A stretch of 64,000 bases of DNA, taken from Nageia nagi (Eukaryota > Plantae > Pinophyta). The notes beneath the pieces were generated by a model that saw only the letters and a list, made by a program, of their open reading frames with translations, was not told the DNA's origin and did no database searches. Shown piece by piece: positions 14,365-28,243 of this stretch. Position numbers and translations under genes: made by a program. Positions within the stretch are counted from its first letter, which is position 1, and each line of letters begins with the position of its first letter. The DNA lies in the NCBI GenBank assembly GCA_050084985.1, contig JBITNC010000001.1, forward strand, positions 178,374,001 through 178,438,000, given 5' to 3'.

Positions 14365-17300
14365 CTAATTAGTTTTGAAAAGATAAATCCAACAATCTTA
14401 TTACAAAATTAAAGCTAAAACCCCACTCAAAATGCTCTCTATTTTAAAACAATATTGGGATCATATTTTATTAGGTTGAAATGAAATCGCATTTGGTATG
14501 AAATGTAGTAAGGACTATGTTTTGTTAGTTAGGCTAGAAAAACATAAATTAAAGATGTTCCCAGGTGTGTATAGCTCTACTACAACTCCTATGATTATTT
14601 TAGGTCAACTAAACATCAGATCATGGGGAATTTAAATCAAAACACAAGATAATTTAGCACCTCCCTTATTTTTGATAATTTTGCTAAATATTGAGCTCAA
14701 ATCCACCTAAAAATTGAGAATTCAATGTTATAGAATTTAGGAAAGATGCAAGATATAGTAAGTCTCCTTGCCAAGCTAAGAAACTAGAAAATTCAACTCC
14801 TTAACTTAGGTAAAATAACTCTTTATTTTAAAATATGATTGGGACCATATTTTGCAAGCCCAAACATAGTCCTATTTACTTACAAACAGGGTAAGGATCA
14901 TGTTTCACACTCTCATATAACTTTTTTTCCCAAATTTGTAAATCTTGATCCTCATACCTACAAAATGCTTCTATACAAAATTGACCCAAATTGGACTAAT
15001 ATATTAAGAGAATTATGCATTTTGCTTAACTTTGATGGGTAGAAATTTGAAATTAACAAACAAGGGTTGGAGGGAAAAATTAAGAATCCTCTAAATTTGA
15101 ATTACAACCAAAATTAATTCTTCATGTTGGGTTCACCAATTAATGTAGACCCAAAATCCCTACTTAGATGCACTTCACACACTCATAAATGTTAATTGCA
15201 AGCCAGAATTAAAGATTTACATAACTATGCTTTTAAACTTCAAACAAGATAATTAAGAAAGGTCAAGAATTGTTATAAATGCCCCAATTGTTCCTTCAAC
15301 CTATAGGATATCTAAATATACAAAATGTAGTCCAATCTAACAAGTTTTACGGACCTCCAACATCCCTAAGCCTTTAAGGCATTGAGGTAACTAGAGCTTT
15401 TGCAAGTTATTCATGCTAGTGTGTGAACTCCCTAATCCATATTCATATGTATATTAGAATATAGAAGTATGACTATTGTGAAATATGTATTTATGCTTAA
15501 AAATATGGCCTTTAAACTAGTATTTAAACAATCCTAAAAGATCTAACACCATAATTAAGGTATAATTCTAGGATACAAGACTAAACCCTTCAAACCCTTA
15601 ATAAAATCAAGAATCTCAAATCTCTTAGATCCAAATGGATCCAAGGATATCCACAAAGATTAGATTACTTTTTAACCATGAATTTATCAAATAGATATGT
15701 GTACATGCAAATTAAGATGATATTAGCCTAGATGTGTACTACATGCACCAAAACTAGAATAAATAAATTACTATTAAAATGATACAAGATCTCCCAAATC
15801 CTTTTAAATTTTATGGTTGAATCTCTACAAAACCTACAAAAATTTGAGATATGATCAATATAAAGAAAATTCACCATAAAATTTACCTCCAATTTGGACT
15901 CTATATGTAGGTAGAGTGAGCATAATATGGTAGATTGTAGTCAAGATCCTTCAAACCCTTGAGATTTGCTTCAAATCATTACCTTAAAATCTTGGAGCAC
16001 TTTTTAGCATAAGTTCATAATAGCAACATTGAGAAAATGAGCAAGAGAGAGCAAATTCTAATTTTGCATTGACATATATACTTCACTTAACTTTACGTTT
16101 GATAACTAAAAAAGTCATTTTTTAATGTTTAAGTGCATAAATAGTCTTTTTAAGTATTTTAGCTTATAATATGATCTTTACTTCATTTTAGGCTAAATAT
16201 AGATATTCAATAATGTATTTAGTTGTTTAAAACCATTTAGCCATAAATCAAATTATTTAAACATTTTTAGTATTTTGAGTATTTTTGAGAAAATATGTAT
16301 TTCTTGGCTATCTATAATTCACAACAAAAAAGAGAGTGTCAAAATAAGGGAAGTTCACAAGGTAGTTGTAATAGAAGAACTTGAAAACATTAAACTCTTG
16401 GAGGTTGCTTATGGAAGTTGAAGTTTGTTGCAAGAGCAACAAAGGTTTAAGCTAGTGGGAATGATGAGGCATACAAATAACCTCATTTTGACATCAATAT
16501 AACTTTATGAAAATGGTGCATTATTGAATTCTATAGAAATAGTTTTACACATTTTTACATGCTTACTAGTCTAAATATATATATATGAGATATTATATTT
16601 TGTTATATGCTAATACTTTTATGTTAAAATGCCTAAGTTTTATTTTGAAGTCAATAATTACTCTTATTTATGATTAATAGGGAGAGATAAAGATATTTCA
16701 AAATTAAATGTTTTATTAGTTTTGTTTGAAGATAAAAAGGGAAACTTTTATCCTATCATATCTTGGTTGGATATGGAATAATTAATAATTTAGACTTACC
16801 ATATTTCATATGCTAAGTCTTAAAAGGATTTTATCATATTATTCTAGACATAGAATCATCATAATTTATACCAATATTAAGATCTTTAGCATCAGAATTT
16901 TAAGGTAAATGTTATGCACATAGCTAGGGTTCAAAGTAAAAAATCACAAAGTTTGTTATATGTAGCCAGATTTGGAGATTCAAGACCAACTATGGTTGGA
17001 GGATACAAAACAAACTGATTTGGCGGATCAAGGCTATGGAAATAGTTTAAAACTTTTAGGGATTTGACTTTTCCTTATTTAGATGTTCACACATACTCTA
17101 CAGGTTCAACACATCGAATATGGATTCACTAAAAAGGGAGAAGATTCTATTATAGTCATGAGAGCTGACTAGAATAGGTTGTTTATTGTTATTGTTGTAA
17201 CTTCAATAGATTTTTAGGAAATAGTTTAGTTTAGTTAAAAATAATAAATAATAAATATTCTTCTCATCTATGGGAATGGAGGATTTAGTTATAATATATT

Positions 17301-17566
17301 CAGTCAATAAAAACCCCTTCTCTTCACAAAAGAGGGTAATGCTAGATAGAATAGGAATTAGAATAGATTATAGAGATTAAGAATATTTTTAACCCATTTC
17401 TAAGGGAAAGTGTAAGATATTTTCATTATGAAATAAAAGTTGAAGACACATTGAGTTTTCCATAAACTTGTAAGTTCATCTTTTAGGGGTTTTGTCAAGA
17501 GGAGTAAGATCCATCTCCAACTGGAAAATACTACCTAGTTTGTTTCATTTCATTTAAGTTAGATTT

Positions 17567-17657
17567 GTTGTTTGATAGAATATTTGAATGTGTTTTATTT
17601 GATAGAATATTTGAATGTGTGTTGTTTGATAGAATATTTGAATGTGTATTGTTTGAT
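17567..17657. repeat. 27-bp tandem repeat, ~3.3 copies
   Basis: Unit GTTGTTTGATAGAATATTTGAATGTGT. It produces the spurious (VLFDRIFEC)n ORF. Confidence 0.9.
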
Positions 17658-17839
17658 CTTGAGTTTTTTGTTAAATTTATTGAATGTATTATCTATTGGA
17701 TTGAGTCTTTTATAGCTGTAAATATTTATTTAATTTGCTTTATGTTTTCATTTGAATGTTTTATTTTTTTTATCATGCAAAATTTCAATTCCTACAAGAG
17801 TGTGTTTCTTAAAACACATAGGCTAAAATAGAGTTTCTA

Positions 17840-20800
17840 CTATAGATAGCCTTAGGCATTGATGCAAATTGACAAAATGAAATGATGAATTAAAACCTCA
17901 TCAAACCCTATGCCTACTTTAATAGATATCTATGAAATCTACCCATTATTCATGAAACTCAATGAAAGCTTTATGACCATCTAACCAATCCATCCCTAGA
18001 ATTATGTCACAAGAATGTAATGGAATCACATAGAGATCCCATATGATTGATCCTTTAGGAAAGTTAATGTTTATGTCCTTAGGACACTACCTAACATTAT
18101 ATGTTTGCCTAGAGCCATACTTGATCGTCTAATCAATTAATAAAAAATTAGGTGCCTTTGGTATATCCCTTAATATAGTAATAGAAATGAAACTATCAGT
18201 TGTACCATAATCTATTAAAATTTTAAAGGATTTATCAAAGATTATACCCATAATTTGAAGAGAAGCGACTTATTGCATTAGATTTACTTTTCCCATAGCT
18301 ACAAAGATCTTGTGATTTCCATATTTTTCTACCTTTAATGGACACTAATTGGCATAGTAACGTTTGCCATAGTTCTAATATCCATCCTTTATTCCTATAT
18401 TTTGTTCTTGAGATTTGTCCCTCAATGCTAATTTATTAGGTTCAAAGCATTTTTCCTTGAATGTATGTTAATGATGTTGCCTATTCTTCTTTTAAAACTA
18501 TTTATTTTTATGAAAATTATTCCCAAAGAACTTATTTTTATGATTTTGTTTGGGATTATTTTTATTCCCATTAACCTTGTATTTCTTGTTCTTATGTTGC
18601 TAAGGGTGTTGTTTCTTTTCCTATTTAGTGAATCTAACATGATTCATCTCTCTCATTGCCTTTGTATCCTTTTCATCTAAAGCATTGTAATTGAAAAAGG
18701 ATCTTTTTACCCCTAATTTATCTTCCTCTCTCTTAGCCAAATCATAGGCTTCCTTTAGAGTTTTGGGGTTAAGTACATTCATAATTATCTTTATCTTATG
18801 ATCTAAACCAATCAAGAATCTATGAACTTTGATATGATTATTGTCCTCTAGAACACATTTCAATAGCTTAATAAACTTTTGGTAATATTTTTGAATGTTC
18901 ATAGTCCCTTGTTGAAGATTATAATACTCTTCATACTTTTTATCAATGAAATCGATCAAGATGAATCTTTTCCTATATATTGCAATAAATTCATTCCACT
19001 TCAGATACTAGATTTTATGTTCTACCTTATGATAATTCCATCATTCCAAATCAAAATCCTAGAAATTGTAAGTATCCCATACTATCTTCGTTTCAAGTGA
19101 GAAAATTTTCATAGAGAAATATGTTTCAATTTATTCTAACCAAATATCAGCAGCTTTCCCTTCATGTTTCCCATTAAATTTCAATACTTGGACTCTTTAA
19201 ATCCCCTTCCATTTTTTTCACAACTGTGGCTTGAATTTCCCCTTCTTGAGGTGGATCAATGGGAGGTACATTTTGATTATGACTATTGAGGAGTGTCTCT
19301 ACCAACTATTGTTGTTTGACTAATTTATCTTATAACATCTTAATAGCTTCCACATGTTCCTCATTTTTCTAATTCTTAGAAGCATTAGTATTCTTTTTTT
19401 GGTTATTTTTCCTCTAAATTCCTTGGGTATGGGTACCAAAATTTCTCCTTTTATGTGTCATTTATATGATAACACAATAATAATATTTAATTAGGAAATA
19501 AAAATCCCTATAAAAAATCTAAACCTATACAAATTTAAGCTTTACCATGTTTTTCCAAACAAGATAAATATCAAATTTCAAGATTTTTTCCCCATTTCTA
19601 ACTAAAGTTGGGCTCTAGTACTAATCTAAGTGACCTTGTTAAAGTAAAACTCCTCTAGTCTAGAAAAAATAGGATTTTTTTTATACATGTAACACCTGAT
19701 ATAACATTTGCAATGAAATATTGAGCGATGCATGTTTAGTTTCATGTCAATGGACAATTAACACTCAAGTGGGATAAGTTGATCAATGCATATGGATCAA
19801 TGCTAGCTTGATCAACCCCTTTTATTTATAAAGCTCAACTTTATAACTCTTACTTGTTAGGATGGATGCTTATACGTGACCTCTCCATTACTAATTACTT
19901 CATCCATATTCAATCATTCAATCACAATGTTTAGGTTTGGTTTCATCTTAGGGCCCATATCATCCAAGATGGTGATAATCCAAAGATCAATGATTAATCA
20001 CATTAATAACCCTCCATTTGATAGTGGGTAAAGTACATTTCTCATGGAACAAATGTGATCTCCATTCACCATATTGTGAAGAAATGAATACGATTATAGG
20101 TGCCTAAAAGTGAATTATTATTTATTAAATAATTCATTTTAGAGCCTCAATGATGTATTATGTAAAAATGGATTAAATAATACCATAAGTCATTATAAAG
20201 CCATGTAATATATATAGTGGACCCTTGTGGCATGGAAAAAGTGTCAAAAAGATTAAGTCATGTAAATATGTATCATATATAAAGGCATCAATTAATGACT
20301 TTAAACCTTATAGGCAAACAAATATGAGGAGGACTCTAGAGAGATTCTAGCACATGTTACATCACTCTATTATGCACAAATATTATAAGTAAGTTATATC
20401 TTATGTTTTCTATCTGATGATTCTTTTGTTTGCTCATTTTTCATTCTTGATTATATCAGTTATATTGCTCATTTTAGGCTGCTAGTGATGTACCTCTTCT
20501 AGGTTTCCAATGATGTGCAATTGAATGTATGTATGCAAATATTTTGTGTATGTTTCTTCTAATGGAATGAATATGTGATCTAATTAAACACAAGTATCTT
20601 TTTGTTATTCGTTATTGCCATATGTTAGATATATGTGACAATAAGAAACAAGTAGATAAATAGTGCATTAATTAACCCCCATAAACAATTATATGCATTA
20701 TATTGGGTCTACAATGATATATGTCCTCATCTGACATAGTATATATTATTCAACTACTATCCCTTATCCTAAAATATGGAAAACTAACCTGCCTATATTT

Positions 20801-22474
20801 ACTAGCTAGCTTAACCAACATTCCTAGTATCTTCTTGCCAATATATCAAGTAACCAATAATGTATTAGGGAAGCATTAATTGTTATCCCCATCAAGGGTG
20901 TTTGGTCTTATTTAATTAGATTATTAAATTCAAGATAACACCTAGTCCTAGTCATCCTCATAATTTCTAATCTTAACTTAGAGATCAATAATTAAAATTG
21001 ATCTTCATCTTTTAGGTTCTTAAGGTGTAGCTTGACATATTTATCTAATGACTTTAAGATCTTAGAATGTAAATATAATTATGACAAGTATAATAAAATA
21101 ATTTCAACTATGGTAAGAATAATATAAACATTTATGAAAGAATATCCATAAAGCATCTTAAATGATTCATGACTAATAATTCATACTAGTAGCAAAAAGC
21201 AAATATATTATAAAGCACAACTTGCAAAACATGTCATTACCTCATCAATTCATAATGTGCAAGTACAATAAACATCATTATCCATGATTGGTTTGTATAA
21301 GGTTTTGTTTCAAGGGTTTCCTATCCCATATGTGTTTCATCTTCTACAAGTTTCAACTTTAAATACATTCCATTAGAGTACATAAAGTACACAAGCCCAA
21401 TACATTTATATGAAAGAAGCATACATGTTGTTATAAACAAATAATTTCCTTTCACAATTCTCAAAAAAACCCTTTCCTATCATCATAATATTTTATAAAT
21501 ATAAGAGAGGCCAAACTGGAATAATATGTGTAGAGTAAACTTGCTCAAATCTTCTTCTTCTGCTCCCTTTCCAAAATCTTCTTAATGGCTTGTGTATTGT
21601 TTTTCTCATTCTAGGGTTCATTTTAATAATGCAAAAATGTGAGCTAAAGGCTACAAACATTACTTAACTAAAGTCTTTCTTCCCTCAACTTCATCTTTGT
21701 TTGGAAGAGGGGTATGAGAGACATATAGATTTATCCCTTTTGCTATTATAGCCCTTATATTTTATCTCTTGGCTAGATTTTAAAATAAGTTCAAATATTT
21801 GTAATGCCACCTCATGGAAATTCAATTATTTTAGGTAAAATAATATGTAATAAATTTTCTTACCAAGGTATTTATTTATTACTTTTCATCCTTTGATTTT
21901 CTAAGGTCTCTAGCACCAAATAAAATATTATCCAACATTTTGTATAAGATATTAAACTATGATATATGTGCAAAATATATAATCACATTCATTACTAAAC
22001 TTTTAATAATGAAATAATAAATGCCACGATAATAAGTAATTATTATCCATTATTAAATTCCTATAATAATGATGATAAAATACCAAGTTGTCAAATTTAT
22101 ATTTTTACCTTAGAGAAGTGATTTTCTTTCTTCCTATGATATAAAATATTAGTATACCTACACATCATAGGGGTCATCAAACACACACACACACACATGC
22201 AATATGCAAGAATGCAACTACATGCTTTAAATTTTCCCTTATGGGTCATCATCTCTAATACCATCATATTCGTTCCAAATCCTCTTTCCTAGTGACCAAC
22301 TTCCCTTGATCCACCTGATCCCATAAGATTACACACTCGAAGCCAACATCAAATCTTATAAAATCACATCATACATATATAAAAGCATTCAAATTACATC
22401 AATAATTCAAAAACATAATAATTGTCCAATACCACACATTGCCATACTAAATACAAATAGAGAGGGGCGTTACA
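17840..22474 (-). mobile_element. Ty3/gypsy (Tekay-like) 5' half: long 5' LTR, PBS, gag, protease
   Basis: Gag ORF 18621-18959 (YYNLQQGTMNIQKY..KFIKL..KVHRFLIGL..PKTLKEAY). Degenerate knuckle at ~18340-18390. Protease ILIDYGTTDSFIS (~18180-18225) and DIILGMDWL (~17980-18010). Degenerate Met-PBS complement GCTCTAGTACTA at 19612-19623. LTR terminus GGGGCGTTACA ends at 22474, giving an LTR of ~2.85 kb. Confidence 0.75.
22179..22197. repeat. (CA)n microsatellite
   Basis: Short AC run of about 9 units. Confidence 0.7.
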
Positions 22475-22989
22475 CAAATCAAGAAAATTAAAGTTAAGAT
22501 AAAAGAACATCAAATATGAAAAAATGTGATGCTTATATGATCAACCATGTAACTATACCCCTATTGATGACATCAATATTTATGGTACGCATTGAAGAGT
22601 TAAAATATACAAAATTGGAATTAGAATCAAGTAAGGGGATTGAATTTAATCGATCAATTTCAGATGAATTGATATGTTTTTCAGATGAGGAGTTACTCAC
22701 AAAAGAGTTAACTCTCCTAGACCTTATGGTGGGTGAAACTATTGTAGACTTTTCATTACTCCCACCTCATCCTACTATGGAGGATTTTCAAAATTTTAAT
22801 AATATACTTTAATATTCACAATCATGAATAAATGTGGATTCAAAATAGGAAGATGGTCAAATACAAGTTGTATATGATATTAATGACCTACCCTATTGGA
22901 TTCTTATTCTTAATCAATTAGAGGATGGTTCACATATACTGATAAAGATATAATTGATGTTAATATCAGTGATGATCCTAAAAATTAAC

Positions 22990-24120
22990 AAATGGTCCAA
23001 TTGGGAGAAGCCCTAAATAATAAGATAAAGTTGAGAGCACTGGTATTATGAAAGAGCACACCTAAGTATTTGTATATTCATATAAGTATATGCCTAGCTT
23101 GGATCTTAATTTGGTTGTACATAACTTGGGTTTAGATGCGAATGCTAAACCCGTTAAGCAAAAGCCACCAAAGTTACATCCTTCTATAACACTCATGGTT
23201 GAAGAATAGTTATAAAATTTATTAGATGCTAAATTTATTTAATCAATTAACTACTTAAAGTCAATCTTAAACATGATACATGTGAAGAAGCCTAATGGAA
23301 AGATAAGAATATGTATAATTTTTTAAGACCTTAAAAAAGCTTATTTGAAAGATGATTTTCCACCATCAAATATTGACAACTGTTGATTCAACAACAAGCT
23401 ATGTGATTCTCTCTCTTATGGATGTATTTTTAGCATACAATCATATTAGAATTTTCATTGAAGATTAACATAAAACAACTTTCACCACACCCTTTAGAAC
23501 TTTCTATTATAAAATCATACCTTTTGGACTTAAAATGTTGGTGTTACATACCAATGTGTAGTAACTTATGTATTCCATGATTATATGTATGATATTATTA
23601 AATATTATGTGGATGACCTCTTGTCCAAATAAAAAACTAGAAGACAACATTTTAAATTTTTACGAAGACTTTTAGATCGATTGTTATAATATAATATGAG
23701 ATTAAATCTAATAATGAAATGTGTCCTTACTATGTTGTCAAGTAAACTATTAGGGTTTATTATTTCTAAGTAAGATATTGTTGTAGATCCCAATAAAATC
23801 AAAGCAATTGTAGATATTTCACCTCCTTAATTGAGAATTTTACAAGGAAAAATTTAAGCTATTCAAAGATTCATACCTCAAATTATAGAAAAATGAAAAC
23901 CTTTTAATAGGCTATCAAAAAAAGGGATCAAATTTGAATGGAACAAAGAATATCGAGTGGCATTTGATGAAATCAAATTTTATTGTACCTCACCTCTAGT
24001 ATTGGCACCCCTTTAGTCTAGTGTGCCTTTTCTATTGCACATCTCAACCACTAAATTTGCATTGGGTACAATGATTACACAAAAGACTAAGATTAACAAG
24101 GAATAAGTAATGTATTACTA
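22990..24120 (+). mobile_element. Ty3/gypsy Tat/Ogre-type RT-RNase H remnant
   Basis: VFVYSYKYMPSLDLNLVVHNL..DANAKPVKQK (compare VFAWSY.DMPGLD...V.H.L), KKPNGKIRICI, KDDFP, YVDDLL at ~23606, and DPNKIKAI. Confidence 0.85.
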
Positions 24121-24269
24121 CTTATTCTTTTCATAAAATTTATCATTCAAAAGCAAACTAGACAAATGTACTATAAAATTTAGATTGAAGGTAAGAAGCA
24201 CAAAAGTCTACAAAAACTTTGCACATAATCACACTATGATTTTAAAGATCATACTGTGATTTACTGTAA

Positions 24270-24768
24270 GGGAAAATTACAAAAATGACCCTCATAATCT
24301 ATAAAATTATAAAAATGGCCTTGAAACCAACACCCTAGATCATGACTATATTCAAATTGTTTGTTGCGCATCTCTCACATTCTCTTCCCACAAGAAGAAC
24401 ATGTATATCTTATTTTTTATAGTGTTCATTCATAATAAAACCTTACAATAGATCAAGTGTATCCATGCTCTCATTCTCAAATGCAATCATTTGAAATTCA
24501 CAAAAAATGAAATTTTACACAACACCCTTCTCCAAATGTATGTCAAATGCGACAACCTCATGGATGGTGGCGTTTTCCATGGAATGCACAAAATTGATTT
24601 CTTAAGAAAGTTAAAAATCTTTTTAGGGAAATGAAGCACATAAATACAATCTCATAAAATTATAAATTTAATAAGCTATGGGATGTAGAACCATATTTGT
24701 AAATAGAAAATTTAAAGGACTATTTTTATAATTTAATAAATTATAAAGAACATTTTTATAATTTACCC
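24270..24768. mobile_element. Mutator-like MITE (499 bp)
   Basis: Imperfect TIRs of about 55 bp: GGGAAAATTACAAAAATGACCCTCATAATC... on the left versus GGGTAAATTATAAAAATGTTCTTTATAATT... (reverse complement of the right end). The 9-bp TSD is TTACTGTAA (24261-24269) / TTATTATAA (24769-24777), with two transition mismatches. Confidence 0.8.
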
Positions 24769-25199
24769 TTATTATAACCGTTCTATAGTTTACTACAACC
24801 TCATTATAATTTAACCTCACTTATGACAATTTTATTATAACTTAACCTCATTTATAACAACTATCTTAAACTTACATTGTCCTATATCTAGATTGTTGGT
24901 TGAGTTGATCATGTGCTGATCTTGTTGCAACCCTGTCCCATGTTCCTTTCCCATTAAGAGACATAAATGCTAACCTAATGGAAGCTGTTCCCATAAATCA
25001 GTTGATCTCCAATAAATGTTAATATAATTTACCTTTACCTTTATAATAACAAATAAATAATAATATATATTTATAATAACAAAATATCAATTATTATATT
25101 TTTTCTTCAAATTTTACCACTTTCACATTCAGTACGACCTAGGTTTACAGAACAGTACAATTGATAGAATAGAGGACTGAGAATTGGCACCATGTCAAA

Positions 25200-25300
25200 G
25201 ATCGTAGTTGGTCTGCAGAGACTTTTAACAAAACCATGTATCACCAATACCCATATGCCATTACTACTCCAATGGAACAGCACGCACAGATCTCTCTGCT
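25200..25300 (-). pseudogene. Possible remnant of the BGAL C-terminal SUEL/galactose-binding lectin exon
   Basis: With frameshifts the minus strand gives CCSIGVVMAYG/IGDT/GFVKSL, similar to the plant BGAL end CSIGV....FG.DPC.G..KSLAVEA.C. It is collinear with the exons above. Confidence 0.45.
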
Positions 25301-26819
25301 ATCACAGCCCAATAGATGATACCACCATTCATGAAATCAATAAGGTCAGTAATCTCATATCCATAGTGATTTGAAGTAAAGCTTTCTCCTTTTTCATAAA
25401 CACATTTGTATATCCTAAGTAGCTCAATAGTATTACTAAGTAGACTTTTTTCCAGGGTTGGATGATGCCCTTGAAGGGCCGTATATCATATTTATGACAA
25501 ATGAAAACCCACAACAAATTGGTTTTGCTATGCCATTGCTGTGAAGTTTGGTATCACCTAATCTACTAAACTTGGTCTGTTATACTGTCGGAAGCCAATG
25601 AAATTGAATCTTCGATTGAAGTGTTGGAAGGCCAATTTACATACATGAGAAACACTCAAGAGCCAGTAGAGCATTTCTGCCTGTAACGAGGAGGTCTAAG
25701 GGTTCTAAGACAATGGAAATTTGAATTTCAAGGGTAAACATAGAAGAGAGGACAAACATGCAGAGAAAGTATGAGTTAGAAGTCAATTTACACTCTGTGA
25801 ATAGTCTAACAAGAGGGCAGTTAACTAGGTGGTAGAAGGTCCCAGCAATTGATTGAACTGGTGGGGTAGGCAGATATGCCCGCCCTGTCATTAGCGGGAT
25901 TGTGAAACTATGGGCATTAGCTCAGGCATGAGAACAACACTTGATCTAATCATAATATCTATAGACCAAATGTACCCTTCTCGTAAGAGCCTGTTCTAGT
26001 CAATTTCCCACAATTAGACTTTAAACAAAATGTACGACGGAAGAACATGAACTAACAGTATGACAACGAATGTGCGCAACTGGTGTTTATTCTTTTCAGA
26101 AATTGCTGACTTAGTCATGAACTCTGCAGGAAATAACCACATTATATTCACGCTGTGTGAATGTTCATAACAACACACTTGTGAAAAGAGATGTCATGAC
26201 AGTATTTATATAGGCACATGAATTTTAAAAAATATAACACGAAAATGGTTTGTTATGCAAGATACAAGAGATTGCAGTATGGAAGAGCTTTTGTTAAATA
26301 GTATGACAATTCTTAAGGAGAGCTGCAATAACAAGCATAGGATATCTCAGACATATAATAAATGTAGTAAAATGTTAAGTGTCCCTATATATAACTTCAG
26401 GCCCTTGAGTTCAAACGCATAAATTTTGCACATTGGAAGTTGTTCAAAATTGTTTCAACTTGACAAAGGCACTACAGTTTCCATTCTTTTCCTCTACCTC
26501 TTCCCTGATACACACAATTTTGACAACTGTATATGAAATCAGCACATGCAAAAGCTATTTTGTCTTTATGAATGGAAAAAAATAGTGAAAATCCATTTGG
26601 CAACTACTTAGCACAAACCTTGAGTATGACTCCATAGGGATTTGAAGCATGGCAGGTTTTCTCTGCTAACCTGTCCACATTTTTCATGTGGAGTTCCACA
26701 ACTTGCAAAATTAATTGTTGAAGTCCTTTTCTCTAAATCTGTCTCGATATGAACTTTTGATAAATATAACTTCTCCGCATTGCCACCATATTTATACCAA
26801 TACTTACCACATTGATATC

Positions 26820-28243
26820 TTTCTTAATATATGTAAGTGCAAAGATTGTCAACAAATCTTGTGCCAACAGAAAATCTTGAAATATCTCCTCAGAGCACTA
26901 ACTTATTTCCAGTTGACTTCATCCATGATCAAGGAACATATTGCCAGAAACCATACAAACGTAAATAAATGTTATCCATAACCTATCTAGAAATCATTAT
27001 TTATATCATCGATATGACAAGTTTCAAGTAGGAAGTTTATGATACGAAAGTAGAAATTATTCACCATCTCTGACAATGATGGCCACTAATGGCACATTTA
27101 TTTCGACCACAAGCTACATGGTAAGCACATCTTTTAGCATTGCAGTTACTATTCAGGATAATAGAAGGCCAGTAGTTCCAAATGCTTTGTCCGTTCACCC
27201 AAGCTTCAGCTTTTCCCATGTGGCTTAAATCCAACCCTACTGGTTCATGGCCAGCTGGTCTACTAAATACAGTCTGCAAAAGTATTATTTTTATATCCAT
27301 TAGGGAGAGAACTTGCAAACTTTAAATCAGCAGCGTAAAGTGGGGTAGAGACTTGAACTTAGTGAATGATGGAGTTTAAATCCAACTAATAAGGATGAGA
27401 TCTGTGCTCTTCATGTGATGAATCTGTTGCTGAGGTATGGTTTTATGATAGTCTACATAGTACCATGTGAGTTGTCGTTGTTGAGGAGCAGCCATTCCAT
27501 TAGTCCATGCAACAGAGGAGTCACAGTTGGGTTGTCAGGATCCATTGATTGCCTTTTCAACCCAACCTGAATACAAATAGTTAAAGCATATTGATGTCCA
27601 TGTAGTGTGATGAAAAATTCCATATTTAGTTGTAATCTTTATCATCAGCCATAATACAACAATGACGGGCAAGAAGTTGTTTAACTTGGATACACTGAGC
27701 AGATTTTTGTGATTCAATTCATTCTTGAAATGACCACAATTCTTTTCATTTGATTGAATGTCAGGGAGAAAAGATGACCAAAAGTTTCAATGGTATTGTA
27801 GTACCTGCTTTGAGCAGTTTATATGGCAGCTCCCTTTGTCCTATTGTGAAAAAATGAATAAGCATTTAGCAATGGAAGAAATATTTGCATTAACATAGCC
27901 TCATGGTAGAGCCACCTTTGGGGGGGAAACTACTAGTCACCATTCTAAAAGCTGGTAAGGGTGATTCGACCAAAGAATCCTGTGAATCAATTTTAAAAAT
28001 GGGGTCCCAAATTCTGTAAGCACAAATGGATAAACCATGTCTTAAGAATAAACCAAGCAGCAATACACCATCAGGTTACATGTAGTGCACATGCAACAAA
28101 TTACTATATTTTTAGATATCAATGAAATTCAACCTGTCTGTAGACCAACATAGTCAAGATTCTCACTGTATTGGTTCCGACTATTATCTTCACATGAGTT
28201 GAATACCTAATTCAAGGTTTTCGTCTGGTTCCAACTCCAGTCC
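26820..28243 (-). pseudogene. BGAL: GH35 beta-galactosidase pseudogene fragment (C-terminal half, intron-containing)
   Basis: Five collinear exons with mostly intact GT-AG borders: 28134-28243 (GTGVGTRRKP*IRYSTHVKIIVGTNTVRIL), ~27903-28013 (NLGPHF*N*FTGFFGRITL..NG...QRWLY), 27457-27566 (VGLKRQ..SSVAW...QLTWY), 27065-27273 (TVFSRPAGHEPVGLDLSHMGKAEAWVNGQSIWNYWP...QRW) and ~26820-26945 (YVP*SWMKSTGNKLVL..GDISRFSV.TR.VD.LC). Multiple stops and frameshifts. Confidence 0.9.

Noticed and set aside
14365-17560. Possible further LTRs (GGGAAGTTCACA end at ~16359; PPT-like AAAAAGGGAGA at ~17131)
   Set aside because: LTR-like texture, but no second copy, TSD or coding motif to fix boundaries.
17565-17831. 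ORF with a (VLFDRIFEC)x3 repeat; possible CRISPR-like array
   Set aside because: It is a head-to-tail 27-bp tandem repeat with no spacers, in plant repeat DNA. The ORF is a by-product.
25630-25940. GC-richer stretch considered as a miRNA or other ncRNA precursor
   Set aside because: No known plant miRNA motif or convincing long hairpin seen by eye; folding was not run.
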